Shown piece after piece: positions 44,501-51,761 of a stretch of DNA of 64,000 bases. A program made the translations under genes and the position numbers. Below the pieces are notes generated by a model. The model saw only the letters and a list, made by a program, of their open reading frames with translations, did not search any database and was not told the DNA's origin. The stretch covers positions 293,730 to 357,729 of the forward strand of contig JBAXJX010000002.1 of the NCBI GenBank assembly GCA_037137655.1, written 5' to 3'. Source of the stretch: Candidatus Falkowbacteria bacterium (GTDB lineage Bacteria; Patescibacteriota; Patescibacteriia; Patescibacteriales; UBA12465). Every line of letters begins with the position of its first letter. Position 1 is the first letter of the stretch.

Positions 44501-45294
44501 GCTTCAATATTCATATCCATAGTTAGATAACCAATACCGAAATCGGTTTGGTAGGCCAACATTTTTGGATCAAAATTACTTTCATCCAAAATCCCTAAAA
44601 GCAGGGAAATTGGTTTTAAACCACACTCCATAACATCAGAAATTGTTTTAGTGTCCATCTTTAAAATATTGGCCATGGCTGTTTTTGGACTATTTAAATA
44701 CTCAATTACTTTATTATCAAATTTGGCGCCCTTCGGTGAATATCCAGCCGGGGAGCGTCTTTTTAATTTATGTGATAAGTCGCCCGAAGCAATCACGGCG
44801 ATATTTTCGTCTTGGCCTTGTAATACTTCTTTAAGTTTTTTACCAAATTCAAAATAGTCAGCTAAATTGCCAGCGCCACTAGGAATAGATATTATTTTAA
44901 CATTTTTTAAAGCCTCAGCCAGTAAATAAATTGGGATACCACTACCATAATCTAAATCGGTTTCACTAATAAGGCGAATATTAAAATCACTTTTCAAAGT
45001 ATCTTTTATAGTTTGAGCTAAATTTTGATCACCGGCGATTGTCATCTTGGTGGCAAAGTCACCGAAGGTTTCAAAATTGATTTCGAACTCTGGGGCTACA
45101 TTTAAAGTTAAACCTTCGTCATGTGTTCGGCCGTGGGGTGAAATTATTATTAACTTGTCGATATTCATGGCACTTAATTTTTCCTCAATTTTTTTGTAAG
45201 CTTCGAGCGTTTTAGCTAAAAGCGTAGTGTTGGCCTTGCCAATACTAGGAATAAGAATTGGGGAGTGCGGGGTTATAAAGGCAGCTTTAATCAT
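44497..45294 (-). CDS. LigB-superfamily (class III extradiol dioxygenase / MEMO-like) protein
   Basis: 'AAFITPHSPILIP', 'LIIISPHG', 'IASGDLSHKL' resemble the metal-binding His pattern of this superfamily. Function uncertain. Confidence 0.55.
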   Translation of the reverse strand: MIKAAFITPHSPILIPSIGKANTTLLAKTLEAYKKIEEKLSAMNIDKLIIISPHGRTHDEGLTLNVAPEFEINFETFGDFATKMTIAGDQNLAQTIKDTLKSDFNIRLISETDLDYGSGIPIYLLAEALKNVKIISIPSGAGNLADYFEFGKKLKEVLQGQDENIAVIASGDLSHKLKRRSPAGYSPKGAKFDNKVIEYLNSPKTAMANILKMDTKTISDVMECGLKPISLLLGILDESNFDPKMLAYQTDFGIGYLTMDMNIEA

Positions 45295-45299
45295 ATAAT

Positions 45300-46790
45300 T
45301 TATTTAAGACTGATAGCGTCACCGTTTGGATAAAGCGCCAGAAGTTGTGGTGAGACAGTTATAACATTGGTCCATTTGTAACCTAAACTTTCAAAAGTAT
45401 CACCACTATCAAATGATCTTTTTTTGCCATTATCAATTAGGTAAACGGCTGGGTTGGTGTTGGAGCGTAATAGTTCGCCGTCATCAAAAATAACTGGGGC
45501 AACAGTTGTATATTTAGCTAATTCTTTTTCTGTCTTTTTGATAACTGTTTTGCCTTTGAATTTGGTCTTTAGTAAAACCTTATCAATGACTGGAGCTTTA
45601 GTGTCTTCACTAACATAATACACTCCACCATTTTTACTGTTTTGAATAAGGGCGCCGTAAGCATAAGTGGAAGTGGCAGTTAAATTTGTACTTGTGCTGT
45701 AAGCGGCCAGTTCGGCAATTGTGCCATTTATGATTTCATCCTTGCTGAAGCCAATTTTTTTGAAAACAGCCTCAGTGGTAATTAAACGTTTTTTATCATC
45801 AACCAGTAACCAGATTTTTTTATCAGGAGTTTTAATTAGGGAATAGTTGGGATATTTAATTGGGGTACCGGTCGCGTATTTATTTAAAATATCAGGGTTG
45901 ACGGTAATGATTTTATTTTGATCGAAGCGGGAAATAAGTGCGCCAAAATTATCAAAAGGATTTTTTTGACCATTATCAATCAACCAAACTTTAGAACTGC
46001 TGGCAGCACGTAATAGGGTGCCGGAAGGATAAGAGATTTTTATTTCCTCTTTGCTCCAATCACCGTTTTCACCGAAGTATTTATTCCAAAGTTTGTAGAA
46101 ATTATAATTACCGTTGTAAACGTGAGGAGTGTAATTATATAAACCGGCCGTGGCAATATTTTCAATTGTAACCGTGCTTGGGTCGGCGTTGGTATTGGAA
46201 ACAGTATACGTGTTGTCTGGTTTAAAGTTGTAGGAATTTGGGTGGTCCATGTAATAACGGAATTGTAAGGCGGCACTGTTTATTTGTTTGCCGAAACCTT
46301 TATAGTAAGGGTTTGGTGACCAGTTGTCGGGGCAACCATAGCCAGTGGCCCAGTCAAGTTGGCTTTGTTGTGGGCTAGTGTCGGTAATTAAACTTTGTTC
46401 TTTTTGGGCTAGGACTAATAAAAATTTTGGGCTAACCGTTTGAGCTGGTCGGCATTTAGCTTTCTTTTCATCTTCGGTTGGCTTATCGCTTAAAGTCACA
46501 CCATCACAATCATAGTTATTAGAAGCTGCGTCATAAATGATTTCGGCGGCGGATTTATTAGCGGTGCCGTGAGCGTTGGTAGTAAAATAATTAGCCAAAA
46601 AACTATTATGATCATCTAAAAATCTTTGAATGTCGTTTTTATTCATGGAGCTATAGTCCAAAATTGCTTGGTCAGAGATGATATTACCTGGGTTAAAATT
46701 AGGGTCAACGGCCACTTGTGCATGACTTATAGCTGGCAAGGAAATGCCGGCTAAAAGGAGTAAAAGGCTTAATTTATTGATGTTTTTCAT
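45300..46790 (-). CDS. secreted protein with four C-terminal ~45-aa repeats
   Basis: Signal peptide 'KLSLLLLLAGISLPAISHA'. Repeats 'KVWLIDNGQKNPFDNFGALISRF', 'KIWLLVDDKKRLITTEAVFKKIGF', 'GVYYVSEDTKAPVID', 'AVYLIDNGKKRSFDSGDTFESLGY'. The N-terminal part has 'LLVLAQKEQSLI'. Confidence 0.7.
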   Translation of the reverse strand: MKNINKLSLLLLLAGISLPAISHAQVAVDPNFNPGNIISDQAILDYSSMNKNDIQRFLDDHNSFLANYFTTNAHGTANKSAAEIIYDAASNNYDCDGVTLSDKPTEDEKKAKCRPAQTVSPKFLLVLAQKEQSLITDTSPQQSQLDWATGYGCPDNWSPNPYYKGFGKQINSAALQFRYYMDHPNSYNFKPDNTYTVSNTNADPSTVTIENIATAGLYNYTPHVYNGNYNFYKLWNKYFGENGDWSKEEIKISYPSGTLLRAASSSKVWLIDNGQKNPFDNFGALISRFDQNKIITVNPDILNKYATGTPIKYPNYSLIKTPDKKIWLLVDDKKRLITTEAVFKKIGFSKDEIINGTIAELAAYSTSTNLTATSTYAYGALIQNSKNGGVYYVSEDTKAPVIDKVLLKTKFKGKTVIKKTEKELAKYTTVAPVIFDDGELLRSNTNPAVYLIDNGKKRSFDSGDTFESLGYKWTNVITVSPQLLALYPNGDAISLK

Positions 46791-46860
46791 GTATTTAAAG
46801 TGTTAAATTTTACCTTTTCATTATAGTACATGTCGGCAAAAATTTCAATTTAATCTCGGA

Positions 46861-46930
46861 AACCCGACCTTCACCAAAGGCTACGGCGGGTGAAATAAAA
46901 AAGCTACTATTTTTGCAGATAGTAGCTTGG
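46861..46930 (-). repeat. bipartite hairpin element, copy 1 (terminator module downstream of the Nudix gene)
   Basis: aacccgacc..ggcgggt (hairpin 1), gaaataaaaaa, then agctactat-ttttgcag-atagtagct (hairpin 2). On the minus strand hairpin 2 is followed by TTTTTTATTT. Confidence 0.85.
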
Positions 46931-46949
46931 AGACGTTGAAAATAATTTT

Positions 46950-47474
46950 TTAAAGCTTTTTTATTTTAGCCAAAGCTTGCAGATTGGCTGGATCGGTCAC
47001 AATTTCTTCGGCCTCAGCGAAAGTCAGCCATTTGGTGTCCAAAAATTCTCGCGGATCAATATTGAAATCGGCGCCGTCAGTTGAAACTAAATACCAAACG
47101 TCATAATGAGTTTTGCAGGGTTGGACTTCATTTTCAATCGGTGTAATTGTGAGTAGAAAAGGCATGACCAATTCTTTGAAAAAATCTTTAACGCCGAGCT
47201 CTTCGTTTATTTCGCGATTTAAAGCTCCTAAAATTGTTTCGCCAGCATCGATGTGTCCGCCAGGTGAGATCCATAGTCCGGATTTTTTGTGGTGCACGAT
47301 AAAGACTTTTTTCGTGCTTGGATTGTAAGGCAAAAAGTAAGCACAAAAATGGTTGGCCGGATCCTCATCGCGAGTTGGCAAACCTGCGGCTAATTTTTGT
47401 TGATAAGCTTGGTAAGTTGCCGCATCACATAATGATGGGTTTATGACATTGATAATTGATTCAATTGTTTTCAT
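46950..47474 (-). CDS. Nudix hydrolase
   Basis: Full Nudix box 'GGHIDAGETILGALNREINEELGV'. Confidence 0.9.
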   Translation of the reverse strand: MKTIESIINVINPSLCDAATYQAYQQKLAAGLPTRDEDPANHFCAYFLPYNPSTKKVFIVHHKKSGLWISPGGHIDAGETILGALNREINEELGVKDFFKELVMPFLLTITPIENEVQPCKTHYDVWYLVSTDGADFNIDPREFLDTKWLTFAEAEEIVTDPANLQALAKIKKL

Positions 47475-47584
47475 GTTATTGATTTTTAATGAATGTTTCT
47501 TTGTAATTTAACTCTAGCACGGATGTATTTTTATGTTAAGTGCTTTTTATAAAAAGTTTATACCGCCATTGGTTTAATGGTTGC

Positions 47585-48595
47585 ATGGCTAAAATAAAAA
47601 ATGGTAAAAAATCAATCTTCGGCGGTGAAATTGTGATTTATAAGACTAAAGACGGTAATCCTGATTTAATTGTGAAAATGGAGAAAGAGACTATTTGGTT
47701 AACGCAAGCGCAAATCGCCAATCTTTTTTGTGTTGAGAGAAGTGTAATTACGAAACATTTGCGTAATATTTTTAACGATTTTGAATTAAACGAAAAAAGC
47801 AATGTGCATTTTTTGCACATTGCTAATTCTGGTAAACCAGTTAAATTTTATAGCTTGGATGCTATTATCTCCGTCGGTTATCGTGTTAACTCTAGGCGTG
47901 CGACTCAATTCAGAATTTGGGCGACTAAAGTTTTGAAAAATTACATTATAAAAGGCTACGCAATTAATGAGAGAGGTTTAAGGGAAAACAAGAATTTAAG
48001 ATTGGACGAATTAGAGAAAACAATTAATTTTTTGCAAAGAATTATTAGCACCAAACAATTAAAATCAATTGAAGCCAACGGTTTATTAAAAGTGATAACT
48101 GATTATGCTAATTCTTGGATAGTTTTGCAAAAATATGACGAGAGAAAGTTAAAACTTGTAAGTCGTGGCAAGATTATTAATAATCTGAATTATGATTTTT
48201 CTAAAAGTGAAATAAATGAACTTAAGGCCAAGTTAATTAAGGAAAAACAGGCGACTGACATTTTTGGTTTGGAGCGGGAAGGTGCCTTGGAAATGATTAT
48301 TAAAAATTTAGCTCAAACTTTTGCGGGGAAAAATTTATATTCAAGCGTGGAAGAACGCGCCGCTCATTTATTATATTTTGTAATTAAAGATCATCCATTT
48401 GTTGACGGCAACAAGCGCATCGGTTCATTTTTGTTTATTTTGTTTTTGCTTAAGAATAACTATCTTTACAATAAAAAAGGCGAGAAGAAAATTAATGATA
48501 GCGCCTTAACGTCGTTGGCGCTGTTAATTGCCGAAAGTGACCCAAAGGAAAAGGACATGATGGTGGCGCTGATATCGAATTTGTTGATTAATTAA
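47585..48595 (+). CDS. RhuM-family N-terminal domain fused to a Fic/Doc (death-on-curing type) domain
   Basis: 'IWLTQAQIANLFCVERSVITKHLRNIF', 'KFYSLDAIISVGYRVNSRRATQFRIWATKVL' (RhuM-like). C-terminal 'HPFVDGNKRIGSFLF' matches the Doc-type H-x-F-x-D-G-N-K-R motif. Start at ATG 47585 rather than GTG 47540. Confidence 0.8.
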   Translation: MAKIKNGKKSIFGGEIVIYKTKDGNPDLIVKMEKETIWLTQAQIANLFCVERSVITKHLRNIFNDFELNEKSNVHFLHIANSGKPVKFYSLDAIISVGYRVNSRRATQFRIWATKVLKNYIIKGYAINERGLRENKNLRLDELEKTINFLQRIISTKQLKSIEANGLLKVITDYANSWIVLQKYDERKLKLVSRGKIINNLNYDFSKSEINELKAKLIKEKQATDIFGLEREGALEMIIKNLAQTFAGKNLYSSVEERAAHLLYFVIKDHPFVDGNKRIGSFLFILFLLKNNYLYNKKGEKKINDSALTSLALLIAESDPKEKDMMVALISNLLIN

Positions 48596-48662
48596 ACCCG
48601 ACCTTCGCTAAAGCTACGGCGGGTGAAATAAAAAAGCTACTATTTTTGCAGATAGTAGCTTT
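48595..48662 (-). repeat. bipartite hairpin element, copy 2
   Basis: aacccgaccttcgctaaagctacggcgggtgaaataaaaaagctactatttttgcagatagtagct. Near-identical to copy 1 except in the loop of hairpin 1. Overlaps the RhuM-Doc stop codon. Confidence 0.85.
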
Positions 48663-48685
48663 AAGGGAATTAGAAATATGATCAT

Positions 48686-49447
48686 TTAAACTCCTATTTC
48701 TTTGTTGGCGCTAAATACTGGGTCATCTAAAGTAATTCTAGTGTTTATTGTGTTAGAAATTATTTTTTTTGGAAAACCAGTTAAAGCAATGATTTTATTC
48801 AGAAAATCAATAGTTGAAATTACTTGCTTAGAATATTCTTCGGTTAGCCGGTTTATTTCTTCTTGATTGGAAGCATTATGTTCTTGAAAAATTTCGATTA
48901 AATACGCTTCAATGCTTAGATAATCACGATCTTTGTATTTTTCGAGTAAAATTTCAAACACTTCCAACCAGTCTAATTCCGAATTTAATATTATTTCTAT
49001 TCTTGCTGGTATTTCTGCGCGTGCGTTTTCGCACTCGCCAATAATACTAGTTAAAATAACAAATAACACCCCATTATTATTGTTCAAGGTCCAGTGTAAT
49101 CGCTTAAGAGAGTATTCTTTTCCTTTGGCCCAAACTGGTTCGTGTTTAACAATAATTTTTTGCCCGTCTTTTGTAACTAATCCCGTGTAATCGTCGCAAG
49201 AGAGACTGTCATTATTTGTTGTTATATATCTATTTTTTACGACATATATGGCAATTATATTTACGGAAGCAAAAATCAAGACATAAATCATTATTGGATT
49301 TTTTATAATATCCATAAATTCTGGTTCATGATTTTCACCTCTACTGCAAAAAGCAATACCAAGCGTTGTGAAAAATAACAATAAAAAATTAACAAGTATT
49401 GGAAAGTTGCTAAAGAATAAAAAATAGCTTCTAATAAATTTTTTCAT
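48686..49447 (-). CDS. hypothetical membrane protein (2 N-terminal TM helices plus a ~170-aa soluble domain)
   Basis: 'FLFFSNFPILVNFLLLFFTTLGIAF' and 'IMIYVLIFASVNIIAIYVV'. No recognised domain. Confidence 0.7.
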   Translation of the reverse strand: MKKFIRSYFLFFSNFPILVNFLLLFFTTLGIAFCSRGENHEPEFMDIIKNPIMIYVLIFASVNIIAIYVVKNRYITTNNDSLSCDDYTGLVTKDGQKIIVKHEPVWAKGKEYSLKRLHWTLNNNNGVLFVILTSIIGECENARAEIPARIEIILNSELDWLEVFEILLEKYKDRDYLSIEAYLIEIFQEHNASNQEEINRLTEEYSKQVISTIDFLNKIIALTGFPKKIISNTINTRITLDDPVFSANKEIGV

Positions 49448-49534
49448 GATTTCTAGATTTTTGGTGAGACATTTATTTAGTTGTCAAACAACAAGTTTGA
49501 TTTTTTAAATTATCATTTTAACTAATGTTTGTCA

Positions 49535-49580
49535 AGGCGCCAAATAAAAAAGCTACTATTTTTGAAGATAGTAGCTTGGA
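49535..49580 (-). repeat. bipartite hairpin element, copy 3 (hairpin 2 intact, hairpin 1 reduced to 'ggcgcc')
   Basis: ggcgccaaataaaaaagctactat-ttttgaag-atagtagcttgg. Confidence 0.8.
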
Positions 49581-49608
49581 TTTTGTAAGTCTATATTTGC
49601 TTTTCAGT

Positions 49609-49824
49609 TTATTTAAGCCCTCTAAGTCTTATATTGCTCTTTATAGTGAGTGAAAAAGTTATAAAACTACAAGCAAAACTAATTACTGTTAGTATGGCAC
49701 CGAATAAGCTTGGCTTATCGATAAACAATAAACCACAAAAGATAAAACTACAAATACCGAGAATTGTGGTATATATGCCTTTGTTGCGATATCGTTTTTC
49801 TCTAAAATAATGTACATTTTTCAT
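49609..49824 (-). CDS. small 2-TM membrane protein (71 aa)
   Basis: Basic N-terminus 'FREKRYRNK', TM 'IYTTILGICSFIFCGLLFI' and 'LFGAILTVISFACSFITFSLTI'. Second gene of module A. Confidence 0.6.
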   Translation of the reverse strand: MKNVHYFREKRYRNKGIYTTILGICSFIFCGLLFIDKPSLFGAILTVISFACSFITFSLTIKSNIRLRGLK

Positions 49825-49850
49825 CGTTGCTAGATTTTTTGATTAAACAC

Positions 49851-50060
49851 TTATTCGCTTTTTGGTTCTTTTGGTTCTTTTGACCCATCTTTTGCTTTTA
49901 ATACTTCTTCTTTGATGGCATCAATTGCAAATGATGTTGCGAGTGAAGCAAGTCCACATGCCAGTAACGCGTAAAAAGTAGAATGTTTTGTTATGGCATT
50001 ATAGAGTGAGAAAATAGTGCCGGCAGCAGCAAAACTTGCTATGAATTTTAAAATGTTCAT
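49851..50060 (-). CDS. small 2-TM membrane protein with charged C-tail (69 aa), paralog of 50428..50646
   Basis: 'GLASLATSFAIDAIKEEV' aligns with 'GSTLATMGFTLDAIEKMI' of the paralog. Tail 'KAKDGSKEPKEPKSE' versus 'KPVETKRPKSE'. Confidence 0.65.
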   Translation of the reverse strand: MNILKFIASFAAAGTIFSLYNAITKHSTFYALLACGLASLATSFAIDAIKEEVLKAKDGSKEPKEPKSE

Positions 50061-50108
50061 AATGTATGGTTTTTTTGGTGAGTATTTATATGTGAAATAA
50101 CTGCCAAT

Positions 50109-50137
50109 AATGTATCATGAATACCTATGGTTGTCAA
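50109..50137 (-). promoter_or_regulatory. promoter of small-TM module A
   Basis: Minus strand: TTGACA (50137-50132), 17-nt spacer, TACATT (50114-50109). It directly abuts terminator copy 4. Confidence 0.6.
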
Positions 50138-50140
50138 ATA

Positions 50141-50180
50141 GAAAATAAAAAAGCTACTATTTTTGAAGATAGTAGCCTGG
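50141..50180 (-). repeat. bipartite hairpin element, copy 4 (hairpin 2 only)
   Basis: gaaaataaaaaagctactat-ttttgaag-atagtagcctgg. Confidence 0.8.
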
Positions 50181-50197
50181 TGTGTCGAGATTGTTTT

Positions 50198-50395
50198 TTA
50201 TTTGCCTTTAATAATTTTTTTTAGGCAGGTTAAGAATCCATACATGAAAACGCCTCCTCCGATTGGTGCAAATAAAACTGGTATCATGTGACTTATAATA
50301 GATAGATCTAGAACGTCTATTGTAAAGCACGTCAATGTTAGTATAAATGCTCCAAATGCTGTTGATGCTCCGATTATTGTTCCGTTAGGGTTCAT
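50198..50395 (-). CDS. small 2-TM membrane protein (65 aa)
   Basis: TM 'IIGASTAFGAFILTLTCFTIDVL' and 'MIPVLFAPIGGGVFMYGFLTCL'. Second gene of module B. Confidence 0.6.
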   Translation of the reverse strand: MNPNGTIIGASTAFGAFILTLTCFTIDVLDLSIISHMIPVLFAPIGGGVFMYGFLTCLKKIIKGK

Positions 50396-50427
50396 TTCTA
50401 TAAATTTTAGGTGAGTGTTAAAATTGT

Positions 50428-50646
50428 TTATTCGCTTTTTGGTCTTTTTGTTTCTACTGGTTTATTTGCGACAGCATTATTAATCATTTTTTCGATTGCA
50501 TCAAGAGTAAAGCCCATCGTTGCTAAAGTGCTGCCAGCGGAGCCTATCATGAAAAAAAAATTGTGATTTTCTATAAAAGCACAAAGGTTAACAATAATTA
50601 AGACGGCGCATAGTGTCGCCATGGAAATGGAAATTGAGATTCTCAT
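50428..50646 (-). CDS. small 2-TM membrane protein with charged C-tail (72 aa), paralog of 49851..50060
   Basis: See 49851..50060. The 3' ends share the DNA ttattcgctttttgg(t/c)c. Confidence 0.65.
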   Translation of the reverse strand: MRISISISMATLCAVLIIVNLCAFIENHNFFFMIGSAGSTLATMGFTLDAIEKMINNAVANKPVETKRPKSE

Positions 50647-50693
50647 GATATATGGTTTTTAGGTGAATATTAAAATGTGAAATAACTGCCGAT

Positions 50694-50722
50694 ATTGTAT
50701 CACGTTTTTAGTAAAAAGTCAA
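50694..50722 (-). promoter_or_regulatory. promoter of small-TM module B
   Basis: Minus strand: TTGACT (50722-50717), 17-nt spacer, TACAAT (50699-50694). The leader shares GGCAGTTATTTCACAT with module A. Confidence 0.6.
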
Positions 50723-50733
50723 TATGTGGCAAA

Positions 50734-50761
50734 ATAAAAAACCCAATCGTGATGATTGGGT
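50734..50761 (-). terminator. intrinsic terminator after the 50780..51541 gene
   Basis: 8-bp stem acccaatc/gattgggt, loop gtgat, with a T-run on the minus strand. Confidence 0.75.
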
Positions 50762-50779
50762 TTTAAGGAATAGTTTGTT

Positions 50780-51541
50780 TTATTGTTCTTGGAATTCTAC
50801 TCCGGCCGTAAAATATTCGGCAAAAGTTTCTTTGATTTCTGGGATTAATTCTTCCCAAGAAGAAGTTTTATCTTTGGTAAATTCAATTTGATAATTGCCG
50901 GGACGTTCTGCACAAATGGTGCCGTTAGCAACAAATAAGCCGTGAATTTTACACATTTTTCTGCCCAACTCCAAATGGCGAAAAGTCTCAAAGTTTACAA
51001 TGAATTTCATAAAATTTCCGTTGGGAGATTTTTCAATTATGATTTTTTGTTTATCACCAATTTCTTTGGTAACTTGGATAGACTCCGCACATAAATGACC
51101 AAAGATAAATTTCAAGATAGTGTCTAATAATTGATCAAAGTTGGTGGCTGGAGATTTCATAATATTTAATTCATGTGAACTGGAATAACCAATTTTTACC
51201 AGCTGTGGCACTTCCATCATTAGATCGTTAATGCTTGATTGGTTGAAATTGTGAGGCATTGAAGTTGCAAACATTAAGACGTCTTTAGCCTTGATGGAAT
51301 TTTTAGAAACGCGAATGGAAAATTTTAGATCTTTTAAACTGTGAAAAAGATTTTTATCTAAATCATCAACTTTGTAAGCGTCTAATGAAACCTCTGAAAC
51401 ATCTTTCAGTGCTTCACTTTTTTTATTTTTCTTTCCGTAAGAAAAAATCGCCATGACTCCGAACAATGCTCCCGCAAAAATAACCATGCCTAATCCGATG
51501 TAATAACCAGTCGTACTGGCTAAAATAATATTTATTACCAT
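50780..51541 (-). CDS. membrane-anchored protein with C-terminal Nfu_N-like domain (tentative)
   Basis: N-terminal TM 'YYIGLGMVIFAGALFGVMAIF'. The C-terminal 'IIIEKSPNGNFMKFIVN..IHGLFVANGTICAERPGNYQIEFTKDKTSSWEELIPEIKETFAEYF' resembles the Nfu/NifU N-terminal scaffold domain pattern. Confidence 0.6.
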   Translation of the reverse strand: MVINIILASTTGYYIGLGMVIFAGALFGVMAIFSYGKKNKKSEALKDVSEVSLDAYKVDDLDKNLFHSLKDLKFSIRVSKNSIKAKDVLMFATSMPHNFNQSSINDLMMEVPQLVKIGYSSSHELNIMKSPATNFDQLLDTILKFIFGHLCAESIQVTKEIGDKQKIIIEKSPNGNFMKFIVNFETFRHLELGRKMCKIHGLFVANGTICAERPGNYQIEFTKDKTSSWEELIPEIKETFAEYFTAGVEFQEQ

Positions 51542-51675
51542 TTGTTAAAGTACCATTTTATCGTCCCAGCACTATACGGGACTAGTCTAATAACCGCTAC
51601 TAGACAGGCGGATTTTGTTGGCTACACGCCGTTCAAGATATGTGTCTTTACCTCATAATTCCAAACCTTAGGAAT
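51542..51675 (-). ncRNA. candidate structured 5' leader (unclassified cis-regulatory RNA)
   Basis: A ~134-nt leader between the predicted promoter and the ATG at 51541. Locally GC-rich with stems gtccc/gggac (51563-51582), ctagt/actag (51582-51603), ggcg/cgcc (51607-51630) and a competing ccgc/gcgg pairing (51594-51611). No Shine-Dalgarno. Confidence 0.35.
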
Positions 51676-51681
51676 ACAGAA

Positions 51682-51710
51682 TTTATATCATAACCATTAA
51701 TATTTGTCAA
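51682..51710 (-). promoter_or_regulatory. promoter of the 50780..51541 gene
   Basis: Minus strand: TTGACA (51710-51705), 17-nt spacer, TATAAA (51687-51682). Confidence 0.6.
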
Positions 51711-51719
51711 TAACATAAC

Positions 51720-51749
51720 AAAAAAATGAGCCATTTCTGGCTCATTTTT
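51720..51749 (-). terminator. intrinsic terminator after clpB (potentially bidirectional)
   Basis: 8-bp stem atgagcca/tggctcat, loop tttc, flanked by A7 and T5 runs. Confidence 0.8.
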
Positions 51750-51761
51750 GTATAGCGGCTT

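Noticed and set aside
46861-51761. Calling the accessory island a mobile element or prophage
   Set aside because: There is no integrase, transposase, recombinase, terminal inverted or direct repeats at the borders, or flanking tRNA. Only the gene content and repeated terminators set it apart.
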